From assembly GCF_006345805.1 (NCBI RefSeq), contig NW_021825723.1, forward strand, positions 1 to 15,521: a stretch of DNA of 15,521 bases, given 5' to 3'. This stretch comes from Octopus sinensis (lineage: Eukaryota). Position 1 is the stretch's first letter. Every line of letters starts with the position of its first letter. Shown here piece after piece: positions 9,291 to 15,521 of this stretch. The notes beneath the pieces are model-generated. The model saw nothing but the letters and a program-made list of their open reading frames with translations, made no database searches and had not been told where the DNA came from. The translations under genes and the position numbers were made by a program.

Positions 9291-9800
9291 ATATATATTT
9301 ATATATGCATGTATATATATATATGTAGATGTAGATACGTACATATATGTATGTATGTATGCATATATTTTATTTATTACACTATATGTATATATATATA
9401 TGGATAGATGTAAGTATGTACATATTTGTATGTATGTATGTGTATATATATATATATATAATATATACGTATGTATGTAAGTATATACATATACGTATGT
9501 ATATTTGCATATATATATAATTTATACTATTATATATATATATAAAACTTATACATGTATGTACATATGTATGTATGTATGTATAAAACATATATGCTTG
9601 TATGTATATATATATGTATATATATATGTGTATATGTATTCATACATGCAGGTTTGCGTGCATACACACACACATATATATATAAACATATATATATATA
9701 TATATGTATATATATTTGAAGTACATGCGCACACTGGCACGCACACACAGGTATAGATAATAGATAGATAGATAGATATCCCTAAATACATGCATATATA
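9289..9800. repeat. Compound (TA)/(TATG)/(GATA)n microsatellite field
   Basis: Directly visible. Confidence 0.95.
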
Positions 9801-10140
9801 CATCCTCATCACTATCATCAGCGCGTTCCAAGCTTGAACCGAATAGTTTTTCCAAGATTCGGAGGGTTGAAGAACTGTAGCATGAACCAGTGTTTGTCTT
9901 TTGCACGGTTTCTCCGGCTGGATGCGCTTTCTAATGCCAACCGCTTTACAGTGGGTACTGGGTACTTTTCTCATGCCACCAACACTATTAAGGTCTTCAT
10001 GCAGCTCGCAACCCTACAGGAGCCGAGGAATTTGGGGTTGTCTCTCTGCTATGATATGAGAGAAGGGTTTAGGGCAGAGCAGGTTCTCCTTGAAAAGCTA
10101 CATGGCTATTCACATTTCGGGGAGACAGTGAGGCCAATGA
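9800..10140 (-). mobile_element. 3' end of an RTE-clade LINE or RTE-tailed SINE
   Basis: Degenerate (CAT)n at 9802-9820, which is a (GAT)n tail on the minus strand, and ggctggatgcgctttctaatgccaacc resembling the recalled RTE 3' box gctggatgcccttcctaacgccaacc. Confidence 0.55.
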
Positions 10141-10148
10141 AATATATG

Positions 10149-10182
<34 letters not shown>

Positions 10183-10401
10183 TATATATATACATATTTT
10201 CAATAATAATAAAGGGTATAATTAATTAATAATTAATAATTTTACCGAACTACTTGTTATATATATATATACATACATACAAATATTCTATAATTATAAA
10301 CATGATTATAATCAGGGATCAGATAATTACTTCGCCACGCACCGAATTTAGATATATGAGTTAAAATGCTTTTTCTGCTACCATAAATATATCCTACACT
10401 G

Positions 10402-10438
<37 letters not shown>

Positions 10439-10439
<1 letters not shown>

Positions 10440-10500
10440 TATCTATAAAAGGGAGGATGTGTGTGCGTGGTGTGTGTGTGTGTGTACGTGATTGTAATTT
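10439..10500 (+). mobile_element. Possible Helitron-like 5' end
   Basis: tcatatctataaaagggaggatgtgtgtg resembles the TCTATATATATAAAA..tgtgtg starts at 12522 and 15483. No matching CTAG end was found nearby. Confidence 0.3.
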
Positions 10501-10881
10501 ATGCACGTCCACAATTAGCATGCATGTCGCTCCAATTTAGGAGGACATTTGTCAACATCCTATCTGGGTTTTGTCAACTTATTTTTCCCCCCCAGGCACC
10601 CGTGGATAGCGTAAATATCTCTTTTCAGACGTAGCTTTTAACCACAAAAAATACCGGCCATTGCTTTTTGATGGCGTCTAGCAAAAAAAGATAAAGAAAA
10701 GTGGAAGAAGGAGGCAGAGAGTTTCACGGGAAGGACAAAGTGAGAGAGGGAGAGAGAAAGAGAGTAAGTGATGACCTTCATAAAAATTAAAATGTAAAAT
10801 GTTTTGTTTTTTGTTTTTGAAAGACACTGTATTTTATAATCATAGTATATATAATTTCTCACACAACAATTACAATATACG

Positions 10882-11375
10882 GCGTTCCCTTTTGTTTGTT
10901 TGTGTGCATGTGTGTGGGTCAGTGTGTGTGTGTGTGCCTATACATGCACACATGTACGTATGTATGTGTGTGTGTGTGTGTGTGTTTGTATGTGTCTGTA
11001 TGTTAGATATGTAAATAAACAGATCAATATACAGACGGATAGGTATATAGACTATATGAACAGACACATATGGAGACACGGATCCACACATATAAAGATG
11101 CACATCCATCCATACAAACATGGTAAGGAGACAGAGGTGCATACATATACAGACACACACTCACACACACATACATAGAAAATACACAAACATGGACAGG
11201 CAAGCACATAAATATGCAGGATACACGTATACAGATGCACACACACACATACATGCATATGCATACACACACATATATACACACAAACACATGCAAACAC
11301 ACACACACATACATACGTACATGCGTGCATGTATAGGCACACACACAGACCCAAAGGGCTAGGGTTAGGGAACGC
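10882..11375. repeat. ~495-bp foldback / MITE-like inverted repeat
   Basis: Arms 10915-10999 and 11283-11353 share gcctatacatgcac[a/g]catgtacgtatgtatg. Outer gcgttccct(10882-90)/agggaacgc(11367-75). Confidence 0.75.
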
Positions 11376-12049
11376 AATGTAAATAACGGACAGAGTCAAA
11401 ACTATTGAAAAGGTTGCAAGACGCAAAGAAAATTTTAGGAAAATGAAAGTAAGAAATAAGTGGAAATTTTACCAGTGAGTGTGTTACATTATAAGGCACA
11501 AAAAGAAAATGACTCTCTCCAGACACATCAGAATATGCTTCAACACACGGACTCATATAAAGAATCTTGCAAACCAAATCCAAAAACGAATTACAATATA
11601 TTTATTTTAAATCATTTATTTATTTTAAATCATTCATCTTTCTCCCCTCCTCTCTCTCACACACATTACTTTGGGTGCGAAAGAGTTTTGTTTTTATTTT
11701 ACGCCGACTAAAAAAGTGTTTTGTTGACAATCCATTTATTTAACAACAAAGAAACAAAGAGGTGAGTAATAATTTGTCAGTGAATTACACAATATAAATG
11801 GGTACAATTTGCGAGGCTTCCACCACACCCCACTCCGTGTTACGGACCACAAAAAGGGTTTTGAGGCCAGAGTAGTTGATTCCATGCAAAAAAAACGATT
11901 TATTTTTCTTAGTGAAAATTGTGCGAGTGTTAATCTACAAATTTAACATTTTTTCCATTCATTTCTGTTTATGAACATGTATGCGTGCACAAAACATGCA
12001 ATAGGTGTACGTACGTACGTGTGTGTATGTGTGTTCGTGTCTGTTGCCC

Positions 12050-12098
12050 ATATATATTTATATTATATTATATTATATTATATTATATTATATTATAT

Positions 12099-12153
<55 letters not shown>
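12050..12153. repeat. (TATAT)n then (TA)n microsatellite
   Basis: Directly visible. Confidence 0.95.
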
Positions 12154-12160
<7 letters not shown>

Positions 12161-12281
12161 ACTAATTTCAACGGATTTCGCCCAAATTTGACGTCTATAT
12201 TACTTAGTTTGGTTTGAAATAAAGAACTTGATTAGCTTAATAATCGTAACTTAATCCCGATAAGGCCGGGTTATACTGCTA

Positions 12282-12282
<1 letters not shown>
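12154..12282 (+). mobile_element. Helitron 3' end fragment
   Basis: Hairpin cccg-ataaggc-cggg (12256-70), then tactgCTAG (12279-82) followed by T; same pattern as the 12894-12921 end. Confidence 0.65.
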
Positions 12283-12342
<60 letters not shown>

Positions 12343-12382
12343 CGTGTGCGTGCACGCGCGTGTGTATGTATATATATACATA

Positions 12383-12999
12383 CGAGTGGTTGCTGTAAAG
12401 TTCCTGGCTTTGAGGTTATCGCGCAAAGTGAGGCTGGGGGCCCAACCTTCCGAGTTCTTTTACTGGGCTTAGAAAAACTGAAGGACTGCTGCAATAAGTG
12501 TGTGAATCAGAGAGAAGAATATCTATATATATAAAAGTGAAGTTGTGTGAGTGTCTGTCCCCTTCGATTTAGATTCCTAACTACTCCCACATTTTGCGGT
12601 GCAGTTTAACCAATACCGGGTATCTTATAGTCGTGATTCATATCGAGCCCTTCTGGGTATTAGTGCGCGTCTACGATGAGTCTACGATTAAAAAAAAAAT
12701 TTACCATCATTTTTTTCCATTTTAATGCATTTTTTTGCTATTATATAAGGGAAGTAACTCTCTAAAGATGTCTACAATGAGTCAACGATTTGAAAAAAAT
12801 TTGCTATGATTTTTTTTCCATTTTTAATGCATTTTTTTGCTATTTTTTTGGCTATAACTCTCTAAAATGCTTTATAGTTATTTCCCTTACAAACCCGAGC
12901 AACGCCGGGCGATACTGCTAGTGTTGGATGAAATTATAATCAACTGATCATCCTGTATCATGTTTTAACCAAAGCCAGCAACTTTTCGGGACAACCTCG
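12383..12999 (+). mobile_element. Mariner-derived MITE (about 217 bp) split by a Helitron
   Basis: TA|cgagtggttgctgtaaagttcctggcttt (12383-411) and aaagccagcaacttttcgggacaacctcg (12971-99), 21/29 inverted match. The internal remnant LLGLEKLKDCCNKCVNQREEY|VG* resembles the mariner C-terminus GIxKLxxRWxKCVxxxGxYVE. Confidence 0.82.
12522..12921 (+). mobile_element. Complete 400-bp non-autonomous Helitron
   Basis: 5' TC at 12522; subterminal hairpin cccgagc-aac-gccggg (12894-909); 3' CTAG at 12918-21; inserted between A and T with no TSD. Confidence 0.9.
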
Positions 13000-13009
13000 A
13001 ATATGTATG

Positions 13010-13022
13010 CACAGATTCGTAC

Positions 13023-13059
<37 letters not shown>

Positions 13060-13061
13060 TA

Positions 13062-13097
<36 letters not shown>

Positions 13098-13175
13098 TGT
13101 ATGTATGTGTGTGTGTGTGTATGTGTGTGTGTGTGTGTGTGTGCGCGCGCGCGTGTGTGTGGTGTGTGTGTGTGT
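13010..13175. repeat. (TA)/(TATG)/(TG)n microsatellite
   Basis: Directly visible. Confidence 0.95.
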
Positions 13176-13245
13176 TCAGCCATCGCCATGATCGCCTGCT
13201 AGTCCCTAAAGCTTTTTTTTATTCTCTGTTTATTTTCTTGTGTTC

Positions 13246-13281
13246 CTTTCTGTCGAAGAGAGCAGGCTCGAAACGTAAAAG
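13246..13281 (+). ncRNA. Minimal type I hammerhead-like motif with a CUGUCGA core, in a ~190-bp microsatellite-flanked element (13176-13365)
   Basis: cttt(13246-49)-CTGTCGA-a-gag-agcagg-ctc-GAAA-cgtA|aaag(13278-81). Palindromic ACGT helix III, GUA site at 13277, helix I 4 bp. Confidence 0.55.
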
Positions 13282-13364
13282 ACTTTCTCGCCTTCCCGAG
13301 CGTTAAACTAATATCCCTGTTTGTTGTTTATACACTTGTTCTCGTCTTTTTTAAATTTTAACTA

Positions 13365-13366
13365 TA

Positions 13367-13404
<38 letters not shown>

Positions 13405-13436
13405 AGAGAGAGAGAGAGAGAAAGAAAGAGAGAGAT

Positions 13437-13520
<84 letters not shown>
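13365..13520. repeat. (TA)n-(GA)n-(GATA)n microsatellite
   Basis: Directly visible. Confidence 0.95.
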
Positions 13521-13544
13521 ATAAATGGAAAAAAGTGGTGTATT

Positions 13545-14587
13545 CCGACGCAAGAAAGAATTCCATGCTATGTTTCATGCAGTAATCTAAAAAAACCTGA
13601 ATTTGAGGATGTTTTCTTGTTCTTTTTACGAGGTGTCTTGTCCATTATGCCCAGAGGTGTTCAGTAGGGTTCAATCTGGTGACTGGCTTGGTTATGGAAG
13701 CTTTCTAATGCCATTCCGTTCCAAAAAATCTTAGATGTCTTAAGCCGTGTGACAAGAAGCCCCCATCTTCCATAAACAGTCTTCTTTAATCATTTCACCA
13801 TTGGAGAAGATTGGAAGGAGTCCTTTCTGCAATAAGAACACATATCTATCTGAATTTATCTTTCCCTCGAACTCCACCAGCTCTGATCGACCATTGCTCC
13901 AAATTGCTCCCCAGACTATCACAGAATAGCCATTATGTTTCATTGTTGGCTGCAACCTTTCCACATCAATTTCTTAATCACAGACTCTCCAGACCTACTC
14001 TCGACCTCTGCCAGAAAATACAGTAAATCTGGACTCATCAGAGAATATGACAGTGTCCCAAAATGCTAGTGACCTCCCCACCATCTCACTGGCCCAATTT
14101 TTTCTCCAATTCATATTGACTGGTTGAAGATGTGGCTTCCTTCATGCTGCTCTGCCATAGTAGCCAAGTTTGAGAAGATACCTGACAGCTGTTCTGGGAC
14201 TGACATCAACATGTTTTGCTACGTCAGAGGGCTTGCAACGAGGGTTATCTTAACAAAGTGAAAACTCTTGTAAGAGGGCTCTGATCGACCTGGGCAAGGT
14301 GATGTAGGTTCCTTTCCCTCTCTGGTGAATTGCACAATCACTCTATTAACTGGGATTCCAATGTTTTCTGCGATTTTACGCTGACCAAATCCACTTTCAG
14401 ATTGACCCAGAATACGGTCTGTTTGAAATTCGGACAGTTTCAAGGCTTCTTTTGGGCGTGGCATGATTAAACAGTCACACATAGAACCTGAAACATAAAA
14501 ATGTCAATTAATAAAAAATAAACCTTTTCAATTTAAAATATAAAACGATGTTTTATGGGTTGTCTATTTATTTATGTCATGACTATG
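13545..14587 (-). mobile_element. Tc1-family (DD34E) transposon remnant, 3'-truncated
   Basis: MPRPKE..LSEFQ..RI.GQSE.G..QRKIAENIGIP (HTH); WDTVIFSDESRF; TMKHNGYSVIVWGAI; FMEDGASCHTA; *PSQSPD(L)NPTEHLW. There are 34 residues between D and E after correcting two 1-nt indels. Putative terminus TA|catagtcatgacataaataaatagacaac at 14587. Confidence 0.92.
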
Positions 14588-14589
14588 TA

Positions 14590-14709
14590 CATACGAAACT
14601 AGTTTCAACAATCTTTTGTTTATCAATGGTACAAATATATATAAAACAAAGGGATTTTAACAGAGTCTAAAATTGATAAACAAAAATTTGTTGAAACTAG
14701 TTTGTTATG
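14590..14709. mobile_element. 120-bp MITE with 38-bp TIRs, TA-flanked
   Basis: catacgaaactagtttcaacaatcttttgtttatcaat (14590-627) vs reverse complement of 14672-14709: 34/38. TA at 14588-89 and 14710-11. Confidence 0.75.
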
Positions 14710-14830
14710 TATGTGAATAAATCTTCTTTGTATTCGTCTATTTGTTGTATATGCATCTTTTGATTTGGGTCCGACCAATTTAAAATGGCCATACCATTTA
14801 AGTGGCTTATTCACCTGATCTTAATATATC

Positions 14831-14886
<56 letters not shown>

Positions 14887-14890
14887 AATA

Positions 14891-15259
14891 AATAATAAAT
14901 CTCTGAGGGAGATGTAAACAGTAGCAGCACGACATGGTGAAGTATATTTGCCACCTAAATGTGGGCGATCCATAGGGGACGATGCTACTGTTGTTTATAG
15001 CTCCAGGAAGACATCTCCTCCAGCTGTCTAATGACATACTGTCGGTATCCGATCAGTATTTGCGAAGGAAACTCATCGTTCCCATCTCTAGCCTGACGTG
15101 ACACACACGGACACGGGTTTCTGAGTAGTAATCCGTCATCAGCGTGTGGTAATCACCAGCTAAGGATGAGAACTGATTCCAAACGCAAAATACTATATAA
15201 TTCACGACTTCCCGATGTCGTGCTACTGCTGTTTTCATCTCGCTCAGAGATTTATTATT
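14891..15259. mobile_element. Inverted-repeat-bounded element (45-bp arms) carrying a hammerhead motif
   Basis: 14891-14935 vs 15215-15259, 41/45 inverted match. Family not recognised. Confidence 0.65.
15104..15148 (-). ncRNA. Type I hammerhead motif with intact cores and a decayed helix II
   Basis: Minus: cacacg-CTGATGA-c-ggatt-act-actca-GAAA-c-ccgt-gtC|cgtgtg. Helix I 6/6, helix II 3/5, helix III 2 bp, GUC site at 15110. Confidence 0.6.
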
Positions 15260-15482
15260 GCTTGTTTCTCCTCTTTCGAGATCAGCGACGGTTTGTCACT
15301 GGAAAAAGGAAATTATATTTTGCGTTTTGAATCAGTTCTCATCGCATATTCTGAAGTATATATATATATTATGGAGTGTATATTTAGTAAAATATACATA
15401 TCTGCAAAGCTCAAGAGCAGATTATATACACATTTGGGACGAATTGAAGTAACTTATTCAACTAAATCGTGTTTGTATTGTA

Positions 15483-15521
15483 TCTATATATATAAAACTG
15501 AGAATGTGTGTCTGTCTGTCT
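15483..15521 (+). mobile_element. 5' end of another non-autonomous Helitron (runs off the window)
   Basis: a|TCTATATATATAAAActgagaatgtgtgtctgtctgtct, the same start as the 12522 Helitron. Confidence 0.65.

Noticed and set aside
9812-9822. Minus-strand CTGATGA
   Set aside because: Part of the degenerate (GAT)n tail, with no GAAA or helices.
11376-11960. AT-rich unique-looking segment with a short ccgt-gtt-acgg hairpin
   Set aside because: No ORF homology, TIR partner or conserved motif I can support.
14030-14042. Minus-strand CTGATGAGTCC, identical to the start of a classic hammerhead
   Set aside because: It encodes S-D-E-S of the Tc1 catalytic motif, and no GGAC-GAAA follows.

Overview
Repeat-saturated eukaryotic non-coding DNA, about 35% GC by eye, with long TA/CA/GA/GATA microsatellites. 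It is probably Octopus or another cephalopod, inferred from a SINE I recognise from memory and from the microsatellite style. I see no host gene, rRNA, tRNA or CRISPR array, and most supplied ORFs are microsatellite artefacts. Decayed transposons: two different Penelope-like elements (PLEs, RT plus GIY-YIG), a Chapaev3-like DNA transposon nested in one PLE endonuclease, a tRNA-derived SINE, an RTE-like 3' end, a mariner MITE interrupted by a complete 400-bp Helitron, a Tc1 (DD34E) remnant and several MITE/foldback structures. Main signal: six hammerhead-ribozyme motifs, mostly at retroelement-like 3' ends. Three have the ordinary type I order (1522-1562, 13246-13281, 15104-15148 minus). Three (7786-7868, 8625-8707, 9089-9163) carry the three hammerhead strands in reverse, non-circularly permuted order, closed by an extra helix. 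The permuted ones fall in two diverged families with compensatory base changes, matching spacing, a shared upstream hairpin and a ~120-nt tail ending in TGRYGTCCYG before (TA)n. All pairings were found by hand, and helix II is the weak point of the permuted model.
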